64,000 nt of DNA from an uncultured Acidobacteriaceae bacterium (lineage in GTDB: Bacteria; Acidobacteriota; Terriglobia; Terriglobales; Acidobacteriaceae). Numbering within the stretch: the stretch's first letter is position 1; each line of letters opens with the position of its first letter. The stretch spans positions 35,115 to 99,114 of the forward strand of contig CAWKAU010000023.1 in NCBI GenBank assembly GCA_963847685.1, in the 5' to 3' direction. A program made the translations under genes and the position numbers. Positions 19,351 to 29,412 of this stretch are shown here, piece by piece. Below the pieces are notes generated by a model. It was not told where the DNA came from. It saw only the letters and a list, made by a program, of their open reading frames with translations, and searched no databases.

Positions 19351-20043
19351 ATGGCGTCCGAAATCATCAGAGTACTTGTCTATGACAGCAGCAACCTGCA
19401 ATGTGAGTTGCTGTCGACTGGATTAGAGAGCCTGCACAAGGGCCTCGAGGTCAAATGCGTCCGCGATTTTGAGTCGATGATTGCGTTGCTCACCACCGAC
19501 GAGAAGTGGGTGGTGATCGTCTCTGATAATTCCCTGAATTGCATAACCGCCTCCTTTGCCAACCACTTGCACACGCGATTTCCTCGGGTGCCACTTGTCT
19601 TTCTGCTAAAGGACGGGCGGCGCGACCAGGTGATTGAAGCATTCCGGTTGGGCGCGAGAGGGATCGTCTACAGCAACGAGAGTCTGGCTCAGCTGGCACG
19701 GTGCATCGACTCTGTCTCTGAAGGCGAGCTCTGGGTGCGCCACGCCGATCTTGGGATGATCTTCGAGGGGCTATCAAAATCGGGTGGGCGCATGACTGAC
19801 GTATCGGGAAGGACGCTGCTGAGTCCTCGCGAGGAGGAGATATCACGGTTGGTAGCCGAGGGCATGAGTAATCGCGACGTCTCCAAGGCGTTACATATCA
19901 GCGAGAGCACAGTCAAGAACTCTCTCTTTCATGTCTTCGACAAACTGGGAATTTCCAATCGTGTGGAGCTGGCGCGGTATGTGAATTCGGCTGCGGCCCG
20001 AGAAGAGTCCATAGCCAGGCCAAGCCCCGAAACGCAGCCCTAG
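19351..20043 (+). CDS. LuxR/GerE-family regulator with atypical receiver-like N-terminal domain
   Basis: The C-terminal HTH reads LSPREEEISRLVAEGMSNRDVSKALHISESTVKNSLFHVFDKLGISNRVELARYV. The N-terminal receiver-like fold reads VLVYDSS...VVIVSD...FLL...GARGIVY. Confidence 0.85.
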   Translation: MASEIIRVLVYDSSNLQCELLSTGLESLHKGLEVKCVRDFESMIALLTTDEKWVVIVSDNSLNCITASFANHLHTRFPRVPLVFLLKDGRRDQVIEAFRLGARGIVYSNESLAQLARCIDSVSEGELWVRHADLGMIFEGLSKSGGRMTDVSGRTLLSPREEEISRLVAEGMSNRDVSKALHISESTVKNSLFHVFDKLGISNRVELARYVNSAAAREESIARPSPETQP

Positions 20044-20549
20044 CGCCCCTTGGGGCGCGACATAAGCGACTCCAGCTTCGAAACAGACACAGTTCCCCTG
20101 TTTCCACATATCGCCCGGTTGATACGGGCGACTTGATCACCGGCGGCAGAGACCCGCCCACTCGCATGGAGAAGTCTCGTCCTTGCGTGGGAGTTAACCC
20201 TCTGCACAACAGCCAAATGGTTGACTCTATTCGCCTAACCGACGCCGCTACGCCGCGCTGCCGGGTTACTGGAGCGAGCTGGGGTAACGAAGGAGTGATC
20301 TCCACCCACAACTAGTTACATTGACTGTGCTAATTGGGTCACGCATAATGAGTGCACTTCAGCGGGCGCATTCGATTCGTCCGCCCAGTAAAGTAGCGAC
20401 TGTGATCTGAATACCTGGTTCGGAACGGCAGATTTGAGCGGGGGGCTGCCAGCATGCTTCAGCTTGAGCCTTGCTTTGCCCGCACGCCGCATCGTTTCAA
20501 CAGAAAGAAGATCCCGGGCCTCACTCCATCTATCCAAGGGCGATCCCAC

Positions 20550-21209
20550 ATGCTTCGCGCCGCCAACAAAGTACTGATTTACGACAGCAGCAATCTGCAA
20601 TGCGAGCTGCTGGCCGCCAGCCTGGAGCGCATGCGTCCGGAGCTGGAGGTCAAGTGTATTTGCGATTGCGAGTCGATGATTTCGTTGCTGACAACAGACC
20701 CGAATTGGGTAGTAATTGTCTCTGACTCAGAACGAGGTACAACCGGTTTGCTGGTCAAGAGCCTGCAAACGCGGTCGATTGACGTGCCCTTCGTGTTTCT
20801 GTTGCCGGAAGGCAATACCGAACGTGTGATTGACGCTCTGCGGCTAGGCGCAAGCGGTATCGTGTATGGCAGTGATAACTTGGCACAGCTTGCCGCGTGT
20901 ATCGATCGCGTCTCTCAAGGGCAGGTCTGGCTGAAGCACGTTAACCTGGGAAAGATATTCGAGAGGCTTGCACAACCGGAGGGACGGGCCGCCGGCCTGT
21001 CGGGGAGAGCCCCGCTCAGCGCTCGCGAGGAAGAGATTTCACGGCTCGTAGCCGAGGGCATGAGTAATCGCGAGGTATCGCGCGCTCTTCACATTACCGA
21101 AAGCACTGTAAAAAATGCTCTCTGCCACATCTATGAAAAGCTGGGAGTTTCGAACAGAGTGGAGCTAACGCTTCGCGTCGGTGGAAATGCTGAGGCAGAG
21201 AGCGCCTGA
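20550..21209 (+). CDS. LuxR/GerE-family regulator, paralog of 19351-20043
   Basis: It is collinear with the upstream paralog (VLIYDSSNLQCELLAASLE..., LSAREEEISRLVAEGMSNREVSRALHITESTVKNALCHIYEKLGVSNRVEL). The start at 20550 was chosen by homology; the ORF-track ATG at 20454 is the alternative. Confidence 0.8.
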   Translation: MLRAANKVLIYDSSNLQCELLAASLERMRPELEVKCICDCESMISLLTTDPNWVVIVSDSERGTTGLLVKSLQTRSIDVPFVFLLPEGNTERVIDALRLGASGIVYGSDNLAQLAACIDRVSQGQVWLKHVNLGKIFERLAQPEGRAAGLSGRAPLSAREEEISRLVAEGMSNREVSRALHITESTVKNALCHIYEKLGVSNRVELTLRVGGNAEAESA

Positions 21210-21231
21210 TACGGGATTGGCCCGGCCCACT

Positions 21232-22429
21232 TCACGAAATGTTCGCCAGCTGCTTAAACGTCGAGTAGACGAAAGACCCCAGATACCAACCATCCATAAA
21301 TTTGTAGGGAGCTTCACCGGTCGAGTAGTGCCCGCAAGGCAACACCCTGGAGACCAAATCGACGCCGCGGCGACGGAAATGATCGATGATCTGGAGCGAG
21401 TACTCCTCGAGAAAGGTGAGATCGTAGGTCGCGTGGATGAGGAGAACCTTCTTTGGCGTAGCGGCAAATTGATCCATGTAATTCGATGGGCTGACGGCTG
21501 CCCAGATTGCACGTAAACGCTGCTGCGTCATTCCTGCGGATTCAAACGCGGCCCGTATATGCCGCGTGGTTTGGCCGGTCCAGACGACATCGCCGAAGGA
21601 TATGGAGGCGTGGTTGAATGCGCTGACGCGCACACGGCTGTCTATCGCCGCCGCAAGAAATGCATAGCAGGAGCCAAGACTCGTGCCCAGAATTCCGAAC
21701 TGGTCGTATCCCTCCTGCTGCAGCCAGTCGAGGCAGCACCGGATATCGATGACCGCCTGCCGGCAGGCAGCGATGGTGCGCCCGACATTGGCGCTGACCG
21801 CATAATCCGCCCGTTCGAGCTCCGCCGGACGACGTATGTCGTGGTAAGGGTTGCTTAATCGAAGGACGGAAATACCGAGACGGTTGAAAATGGAGCACAG
21901 TGCATTGTGACTCAAGGCGTCTGCATTCCACTGCGGCAACACGATGATTGCCTGTTTCGGCTTGCCTTCCAGCCTCTCTGCCGGCGCTTGAAACCAGCGG
22001 GCATTCACCCGATTATTCTCGGGATAAGGACTGCACACCGGGGAGGTAAAGCGCAAAAACTGAGCCGTGCGCAGTTTGCCGGAGGCAGCGCGCCGGCGGA
22101 GGCGTGCGTCTCGAAGCAACGTCTCGGGTCGGGCATTGGTCGGGAACAATCGCGGGTGGCGCTCGTTCGAGCGCAAAGTCCTGCGGGGTTTGATATGCGA
22201 AAAACTCATTGCGATGCCGCAGAATAAAGTCGTTCAGTTTGAGCATGGCCCGCTCCCCTGCTTCGTAGTTGACGGGCGGCCGATGGGGAACACTAAATCC
22301 ATATTGCTGTGTGAAATCCTGAAGCCACTCGAAACCCCACTCCACGGGAGCAACTGCACGAGTCGTGTCGCGGCTAGTTAGCGCCGCCTCCCAGCGGTAC
22401 ATCCAGCGAGAGTAGATGTTGCGAAGCAT
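21232..22429 (-). pseudogene. alpha/beta hydrolase family protein, one frameshift
   Basis: The N-terminal piece is ORF 22013-22429 (...NDFILRHRNEFFAYQTPQDFALE). The body is ORF 21232-22209 (...IIVLPQWNADALSH...FGILGTSLGSCYAF...LLIHATYD...CGHY). The two frames overlap and switch around 22100-22200. Confidence 0.65.
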
Positions 22430-23040
22430 TTCCCTTACTTTAGCCGAGATGGCCGCTTAGACCTCTTACAGATAAGTCCGGCTTGCGCAGTTCGACGGTA
22501 CGCCGGTGCACACCTGAGTTACATGCCTTCAACACCGCGGACTGAGCGGAGTTTGTAGCTCATGAATCCATCCGCAAGATAGCAATAAACCAGGTATCCC
22601 CACTCCTCAGGCGCCTATCTAAGCGGCTAGCGAAAGCTTTCCCAAGGCCTGCTCTGCAGCACCGCTCTTTTTCGCTGGATTGCCGGTACGAAGAGACGAG
22701 ATACGTTGGATTCATAAGATAACAACAAGTGTTGCACACTGGTTTTTCGGATACCCGATACGTATAGTCACGCTGCTTTGGATTTCACATGTTAACCGGC
22801 TATGTAACCTCATCTGAGCACCTTCGTTCAGTCGATCAGCCTAGGTAGAAAGTTTGACTGGCGAGGTATCAGTTCTATTGCCCGCAAAGCGAGTTGCCGC
22901 TACCTTCAATTTCAGTCCCACTGCAACTCATCCGGGAGTTCCTTGAGCTCCCGAAAACAATAGCTTCCCCCGGAAAAGATCAAGGCGATTGCCGCTGCGA
23001 TTCTTCAAGAACACTGCGATGTGGCTCACGGGGCGAAGCT

Positions 23041-24494
23041 ATGCAACACAAATACTTACAGATCAACAACGCAGCAGCAGGGCGACCCGGGTCACTCTTG
23101 CCGCTCACCATGTTGCGGCCACTCGTTTTGCTCGTCTCTGACACTTCGGCCCTGGCGTTCGCCCTGGCTATTGCGTTGCTGGTTAAGGGATACAACAGCG
23201 GAGCGATCGCACCTGCGCCCTACCTCAAGTTGTGGCCTTTCACCTTTGTGTTTCTGGCTTCGTACTGGATGAGCGGTTTGTACGCACGCCCGGCTCTGAG
23301 CCAACCAGAGGAGCTGGAACGTGGCACGGCGTCTTCATTTTGTATATTTCTCAGCCTCTCAGCTTTCACATTAACGATGAGGGGCGGAGTGCATTATGTT
23401 ACCGCCACTCTGGCCACTGCTATTGTGGCTAACGCGGTCCTGATGCCGCTCTTCCGGGAACTGACGAGGCATCTCTTCTCAGGGCTCCCCGGTTGGGGCG
23501 ACCAGGCAATCATCTTCGGAGCGGGAACCGAGGCGCGGGCCCTGATTGAAAGAAGCCTAGTGAGCGGGAAGCCGGGATCCGGCCGGTAGCCGTGGTTGAC
23601 CCTGCGCCGCAGGCCGAACCAGTGCTTTGCGGGCTGCCCATTGCGTCGTCGATCCAGGCCGCGGCCGGCTTTCTCGATCGATCCAGGCCGGCCTATGGCC
23701 TGTTGACCGTGGCGGCCGCGTCTTCTGCCGAGATGGTCAGGCTGTTGCATTCCCCCGAGTCGGTCATATTTTCGCGCATTGTCCTGGTCTCGAATCCCTC
23801 TGCGATGTCGAGCATGTGGGCGGTGCCGATGAGCCGCCGCCATACGCTGGGCTTGAGTCAGAAGTCGCGGATGGATGGCCTCACCTACCGTGTCGCGAAG
23901 CGAACCATTGATCTTGTGTTATCGGGAGCGTTCTTGCTGTGCTCACTTCCCTTCATGGGTCTGATTGGACTCTGCATCAATCTCGATTCTGAGGGACCGG
24001 TGTTCTTCGGTCACCAACGTCTGGGCAAGAACGCCGCGCCGTTCAAGGCCTGGAAATTTCGCACCATGCACACCCATGGCGACGCGATCCTGGAGGGTTG
24101 GTTTGCGGCGCATCCCTCGGCAACCGAGGAATGGGCCAGAAGTGGAAAGTTGCAGCATGATCCGCGAGTGACCAGAGTCGGCCGATTCCTGAGGGTCACC
24201 AGCCTGGATGAGCTGCCGCAACTTTGGAATGTGGTCCGTGGAGACATGAGCCTGGTTGGCCCACGACCGATTGTCCAGGACGAGGTCCAGCGCTACGGGG
24301 AAGACTACGAGGTCTTCTCGCAGGCGCAAGGCGGGGTGACCGGCATGTGGCAGGTCTCCGGCAGAAGCTCGACCACCTATAGCGAGCGAGTGATGCTCGA
24401 CAGTTTTTATGTGCAGAACTGGAGTATTTGGCTAGACCTGACGATTATTCTCCGTACCTTCGGCGCGGTGTTGCTCAGGAAGGGTGCGGTATGA
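23041..24494 (+). pseudogene. polyprenyl-phosphate glycosyl-1-phosphate transferase (WbaP/Bac_transf type), one frameshift
   Basis: The N-terminal TM and linker part ends at the stop at 23587-23589. The other frame continues ...GIRPVAVVDP... into the sugar-transferase domain (KRTIDLVLSGAFLL...PVFFGHQRLGKNAAPFKAWKFRTM...DELPQLWNVVRGDMSLVGPRP). The frame switches near 23570-23585. Confidence 0.7.
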
Positions 24495-25294
24495 ATCGGC
24501 CGGCGGCAGTATCAACCAATTATCCGAACAAAGGGGAGGTTATTCGAGACATGTGCAAGCGGAATCCAGGGATCTACGGTGTCATGATATGCGCCCTCTG
24601 CGTGAGCTGGACGGGCGCCGTCGCGGAGCACAAATATCTGACCCCGCCGCCCGAGTTCTTTCAATCACACCAGAACACCCACGCGAGCGTGATTGCCGCG
24701 GGAGATGTTTTGAACGTGAAGTTTTACTACGACCCCGACCTGAACAAGACCGTTAAGGTACGCGAGGACGGAAAGATCTCGCTGTCGCTCTTTCAGGGAA
24801 TACAGGCAGCGGGAGAGACCCCGGAAGAGCTGCAGAAGAAGCTGGTGGAGTTGTATTCGCAGGAATTTACCAAACCAGAAGTCACTGTTGATCTGGAATC
24901 CACTGCGAACAGCTCTGTTTACGTTACCGGAGAGGTTCTTCTGCCGGGTCCAAAGGAGATACATGGCAAGGTGACCGTCGCGATGGTTCTGGCCATGAGC
25001 CAGGTAAGCCAGAAGACTGGGGGCACAAAGTCGGTGTTCCTTATTCGCGGGAGCGAAGAAGGCAAGTACAAGGTTTATAAGCTGGACGCGTCGCTGCCTG
25101 GCGGGAGCGCGCGCGACATCGACGTGGCTCCGGGTGACATCCTCTTTGTTCCCAGGAAGGCAATCGTCAAAGCGGACGACTTTATGGAGCAATACGTTCG
25201 CGAGCTCTTGCCGGCCACACCGAGTACAAGCGCCACAGTTCTGTTTACACCAGGAAATCCTAATTTAGTCGCTGGTTCGACGGCCGCGCACTGA
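24491..25294 (+). CDS. polysaccharide export protein (Wza/Poly_export-like)
   Basis: The Poly_export-type segment reads VIAAGDVLNVKFYYDPDLNKTVKVREDGKISLSLFQGIQAAGETPEELQKKL, followed by an SLBB-like segment. An ATGA overlap joins it to the previous gene. Confidence 0.8.
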   Translation: MNRPAAVSTNYPNKGEVIRDMCKRNPGIYGVMICALCVSWTGAVAEHKYLTPPPEFFQSHQNTHASVIAAGDVLNVKFYYDPDLNKTVKVREDGKISLSLFQGIQAAGETPEELQKKLVELYSQEFTKPEVTVDLESTANSSVYVTGEVLLPGPKEIHGKVTVAMVLAMSQVSQKTGGTKSVFLIRGSEEGKYKVYKLDASLPGGSARDIDVAPGDILFVPRKAIVKADDFMEQYVRELLPATPSTSATVLFTPGNPNLVAGSTAAH

Positions 25295-25365
25295 CCGATG
25301 TCGATCGTTGACCCGGCATGGCGATAAGAAGTTTGGCCCTTTGAGTTGTTTTTCCGAGGAAAACT

Positions 25366-27498
25366 ATGCAATTCACAGTTCGGGACCTGTTAAGCACGGT
25401 GTTCAGGTATTCACGCGCATTGGCTTTATTTTGCGCGGTCGTCGTGGGCGCTGTATTGATCTTCTACTCGCAGACGAGAAAGCTGTATGACTCGTCTGCA
25501 AAAATCATGATTTCTTTGGGGTCTGAGGCTCAAGGCAGGGCAGAGTACCTGAACGGGAAGAATCTGCAACTGTTGCAGCGTGAACAACAGATTCACGACG
25601 AGCAGCAAATTCTGGAGAGCCACGACGTGCTGTTGACCACGGCGAAGTGGATCGTTGGCGACGCCAGCCCACGCGCCACCTCACCGGTGCCGGAATGGCG
25701 GATCGAGGAGGCGAAGCGCTTTCTGACAGGACGAGAGCCTGAACCGACGTTCTTGCTACGTACGACGAAAACCTTGATGCAAACCTTCGATAAGTTTTTC
25801 GGGACGCCGCGAACCCACGCAGACCAGTTGGATGACATGATTCGGGAGTTGTCGAAAGAGCTCACAGTCAAGGCCATTTTTGACTCAGATGCCCTGGATG
25901 TGAACTTTCGCTACAGAGATCCGCGCGTCGCCCAGACCGTGCTCTCGCTGGTAATCGCCGCCTATCTCGATCATCACATTGCCGTGTTTCAAAGTGCGGC
26001 GGAGTCGGACCTGCTGAAGACGCAACTTGACCGGTCGGTGAACCAATATCATGACCGGCTCGGGGAGTTCTCGTCCTATATGACCACTCACCGGGTCTAT
26101 AACGACGATGCTCAGGCGAATACGCTGGTTGAACAGAGGGAGAAACTCGATCAGGCGTTAAATGAGGCGCTCGCGGACAGCGATTCGGCCGCGGCGCGGC
26201 TCGCATCGCTTAAGTCTATCGGTGCTTCGCTGGCACAATTTGAGCGCTACAGCACCACAGAGGTTCGCAACAAGCAACGTGAGGCGTTACAGTCGAAACT
26301 CAATGAAGCCATCGTGGAGCAGCAAGCTGTTCTGAATCGCCACCCGGTGGGCAGCCGGCTTTACCAGGAAGAGCAGTCGAAGCTGGAGACCCTGCGTCAT
26401 CTGCTGGACCATGAGCCCGACCAGATTGTGGACCAGACAGAGCAACGAAGGAGTAAGGCATCTGAACTGGTAGAGTCGCAGATCATCGATGTGACCGAGG
26501 TTCAACGCGGAGCCCAGGCGCGGATCGACCGGCTACATGAAGACCGAATTGATATCGACGCAAAGATCAATGGATACGCACGGGATCTGAAGGGCTTCAA
26601 CGCACTGAAACTCGACCTCGCCTTTGCCAAGCAGGAATCGGAACAGATGTCCCAGGCGTACGTCGATAGCCGCCTGAAGACGCTCACCTCGCAAAACGCA
26701 ATTACCGATATCTCGGTGATTGACGCGCCGACCTCGGAGCATCGTCCGGCGAGCCCTAAAAAGCAGATCGTGATTGCGGCGACAGCCGGGATGCTGGTGA
26801 TGGGCGGCCTGGCCGTTCTTCTCGCCTGTATCGGATTAGATACCACGATGGCCGACAGCAAGACCGCCGAGGTCCGGTTGGGGGCGCCGGTGATCGCGAA
26901 CTTCCCGATGGGACGGAGAGGTGAAAGTGCATCGGAGTGTCCGGCGCTCTTCACCCGAGACCATCGCCACCAGTTCGCCAGGATCTATCAAACGGTGCGA
27001 AGCAGCGGAGCGGGCGGTAAGGTCATTCTGCTTACCGAATCCAGCTCCGGAGAGGGCGCGAGCCTGCTCGGGTACGGTCTGGCCCGGTTCCTGAGCCATA
27101 ATGCCGGCGAGAAAGCCGCGTTCATCGACTGTACCGAAAACACGATCGCCGAGCCCCTGAGTGTAACCGATGGGATTGCGAGCGACTTGACCTTACGACT
27201 ATGGCCAGGCGAGGACAAGACGGACGCCGAAAGCGCCGCGCTCGCGGTGGTTTCACAGCTGCGACAGGAGTTCGCCTATGTGGTAATCGCCGCCGGCGCA
27301 GTGAAAGACGCTACCGAACTGCTCGCCCTGAGCAGCATTGCCTATGCAACGTTCTTGATTGTGGAGGCGGCAAAGACGAGGCGCGCCGCTGCCCGCCACA
27401 GCATCGACGTGCTGCATCAATACGGCTTTCAAGATGTTCGTCTGATTCTCAATAAACGAATCTTCTATTTGCCTGAATGGCTCGTGAGGTTTGTATGA
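25366..27498 (+). CDS. GumC/Wzc-like chain-length determinant protein with degenerate C-terminal P-loop domain
   Basis: It has an N-terminal TM plus a Wzz-like region, a long coiled-coil, and a second TM (IVIAATAGMLVMGGLAVLLACIGL). The C-terminal domain shows GKVILLTESSSGEGASLLGYGLA where BY-kinases have GEGKS/T. Confidence 0.8.
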   Translation: MQFTVRDLLSTVFRYSRALALFCAVVVGAVLIFYSQTRKLYDSSAKIMISLGSEAQGRAEYLNGKNLQLLQREQQIHDEQQILESHDVLLTTAKWIVGDASPRATSPVPEWRIEEAKRFLTGREPEPTFLLRTTKTLMQTFDKFFGTPRTHADQLDDMIRELSKELTVKAIFDSDALDVNFRYRDPRVAQTVLSLVIAAYLDHHIAVFQSAAESDLLKTQLDRSVNQYHDRLGEFSSYMTTHRVYNDDAQANTLVEQREKLDQALNEALADSDSAAARLASLKSIGASLAQFERYSTTEVRNKQREALQSKLNEAIVEQQAVLNRHPVGSRLYQEEQSKLETLRHLLDHEPDQIVDQTEQRRSKASELVESQIIDVTEVQRGAQARIDRLHEDRIDIDAKINGYARDLKGFNALKLDLAFAKQESEQMSQAYVDSRLKTLTSQNAITDISVIDAPTSEHRPASPKKQIVIAATAGMLVMGGLAVLLACIGLDTTMADSKTAEVRLGAPVIANFPMGRRGESASECPALFTRDHRHQFARIYQTVRSSGAGGKVILLTESSSGEGASLLGYGLARFLSHNAGEKAAFIDCTENTIAEPLSVTDGIASDLTLRLWPGEDKTDAESAALAVVSQLRQEFAYVVIAAGAVKDATELLALSSIAYATFLIVEAAKTRRAAARHSIDVLHQYGFQDVRLILNKRIFYLPEWLVRFV

Positions 27499-28127
27499 GA
27501 AAGACTTTTCTAAAGGTTTGCAAGAAACTCGACCAACGTTTCACCCGTTTTCACAGCTGGCTGTGGCGCAGCAGTCTGAAGAGCTGTGGGCGAAATGTAT
27601 CGATCGCGTATCCAGCGCGCCTGGAACAGCCCGGCTCTATCAGCATGGGGGACGATGTAATTCTGTATCCGCGGGTCTGGATTAATCCAGTGGCTGCATG
27701 GGCTGCCGGAGAGTATGCGGGTGAGGTTCGCCTGGGGGATCGGGTAAAACTCGGCTACGGCGTGCAGATCTCGTCGGCGAAGTCGGTGATTATCGAGGAG
27801 GATGTGGCGGTTGCCGCCGGAGCCGTAATCGTAGATCACAATCACGATCATAGGCACATCGGCACTTCCATCTTCGATGCGCCTATATCCACACCTCGCC
27901 CGGTCCGAATTGGTAAGGGATCCTTCCTGGGCGTGCATTGTCTGATTGGTCCTGGCGTCCAGATCGGCGAACATGCCGTGATCGCTGCCAACGCGGTCGT
28001 GGTGAAGGATGTGCCCTCTTACTGTATGGCGATAGGCAATCCCGCTCGTGTGACCCGCTTTTATGATCCGGAGGCTAACAGAAAGGCAAGCCTGGAGTTA
28101 GAGGAAGATGAGGTGGCAGTTGGTTGA
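27495..28127 (+). CDS. hexapeptide-repeat (LbH) acyl/acetyltransferase
   Basis: The repeats read IGDRVKLGYGVQISSAKSVIIEEDVAVAAGAVIV...VRIGKGSFLGVHCLIGPGVQIGEHAVIAANAVVVKDVPSYCMAIGNPARV. An ATGA overlap joins it to the previous gene. Confidence 0.8.
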   Translation: MRKTFLKVCKKLDQRFTRFHSWLWRSSLKSCGRNVSIAYPARLEQPGSISMGDDVILYPRVWINPVAAWAAGEYAGEVRLGDRVKLGYGVQISSAKSVIIEEDVAVAAGAVIVDHNHDHRHIGTSIFDAPISTPRPVRIGKGSFLGVHCLIGPGVQIGEHAVIAANAVVVKDVPSYCMAIGNPARVTRFYDPEANRKASLELEEDEVAVG

Positions 28128-29412
28128 ATTAAGCGCAGCAACGGCCGGAGGGCCGGTAGCGACACTGGAACTGGAGACAAAGGCGCCCGCAAGCCGCCTC
28201 TTCTCCAACAGTGTCGCCATGGCAGCGGCGAATGTTGCCGGGCGTGGGCTTGGCTATGCCTACATCGTCATGATGGCGCGGCGTCTGGATGCTCGATATC
28301 TGGGAGCCTATGCCCTGCTGATTACAGCGAGCATGCTGATCGAGTTAGTCTCGAATCTCGGCTTGGATAAGATCCTGGTCCGCGAGATCACCGGTGGATC
28401 GGCGAATGTGGGGCAGGGGTACTTTTGGGCGGCGTTGCCCATTCGTTTTGTGATGGCCTCTGTCTCCGCTGTGGTCGCGTGGAGCCTGCTCATCGCCTTG
28501 TTTAAAGGGCAGCTGCTCGCGTCGCCGCTCAGTTGCGCTGTATTCTTGTCCACCATCTTTCCGGTGGTCGCGACTCGCAACTGCGAGGCCTTTCTTACTG
28601 CGCATGAGCGCATGATGCCGATCGCCGCCGCGCAGCTATGCGATAAGGTGGTGATCTTTGGCGCGGTTCTGCTGCTGGTGTCGGGTTCTTTGAGCTTTGA
28701 CGGGTTGCTCTGTTTTGCACCCGTGGCCGCGTCGGTCCGCCTCCTGGTGGTTTCCGCCTTTGTGATCAGGATGTGGGTTCGGCATATCACGCCGGCACGA
28801 GCGAACGTACGGAGGCTGCTGCGGCAAGGGGCGGAATTGTTCTCAGTAGAAATACTCGCTCTCGTGTACTTCCGCTCTGACGTATTCATTGTGGCGAAGA
28901 TGGGTGGCCTGGGCGCCGCCGGGATCTATCAGATTGCTTACAAGATTTTTGATTTCTGTCTTTCTCTCTTCGCCGGCTTTTTGCAGGCAGTGTTCCCCAG
29001 AATGGTCCGCGATAAGAGCTCCAAGTCTCTGAAGATGACCCTCGCCGTAGGCACAGGTTTGCTGATGATACCGGTGGTCATCATCATACTCGGCCGCCAT
29101 CTGATTCTGGGCGCCTTCCGTCCGGAGTACGTTGGCGGCTCAACCTCCCTGGTCTGGCTGATGCTGACGGTTCCGCTGGTCTTTATCACGTCCACACTTG
29201 CGAACATGGCGATTGCCGCGGGCCGGATCAAAATCCTGATCGTGCTCGCAGGCTTACTGATCGTCAGCAATGTCGGGCTCAATCTGCTGCTGATCCCAAA
29301 GTGGTCGTTCAACGGCGCTGCCTTTTCTACGTTCGCATGCGAATTGATGAGTGCGGTGATTCTGGGCCCGTTCATCCTGAAGATCATATCGGTACCCCGG
29401 GGGCAACAATGA
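28108..29412 (+). CDS. Wzx-type oligosaccharide flippase (MOP superfamily)
   Basis: A 434-aa polytopic membrane protein with the typical N-terminal SNSVAMAAANVAGRGLGYAYIVMMARRL region. An RBS gaggaag precedes the ATG. Confidence 0.75.
   Translation: MRWQLVELSAATAGGPVATLELETKAPASRLFSNSVAMAAANVAGRGLGYAYIVMMARRLDARYLGAYALLITASMLIELVSNLGLDKILVREITGGSANVGQGYFWAALPIRFVMASVSAVVAWSLLIALFKGQLLASPLSCAVFLSTIFPVVATRNCEAFLTAHERMMPIAAAQLCDKVVIFGAVLLLVSGSLSFDGLLCFAPVAASVRLLVVSAFVIRMWVRHITPARANVRRLLRQGAELFSVEILALVYFRSDVFIVAKMGGLGAAGIYQIAYKIFDFCLSLFAGFLQAVFPRMVRDKSSKSLKMTLAVGTGLLMIPVVIIILGRHLILGAFRPEYVGGSTSLVWLMLTVPLVFITSTLANMAIAAGRIKILIVLAGLLIVSNVGLNLLLIPKWSFNGAAFSTFACELMSAVILGPFILKIISVPRGQQ

Noticed and set aside
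22430-23040. JUMPstart/ops (GGCGGTAG) antitermination element in the EPS leader.
   Set aside because: Only a partial reverse-orientation resemblance (gccgctacc at about 22895) was found, with no exact ops core.
29301-29408. Upstream extensions of several track ORFs: 29301, 33405, 34541, 36798, 42515-43378, 12556, 13814, 22894, 24428.
   Set aside because: The extensions run through the preceding gene or intergenic DNA. Internal ATG or GTG codons with an RBS or ATGA coupling, and homology to family N-termini, give better starts.
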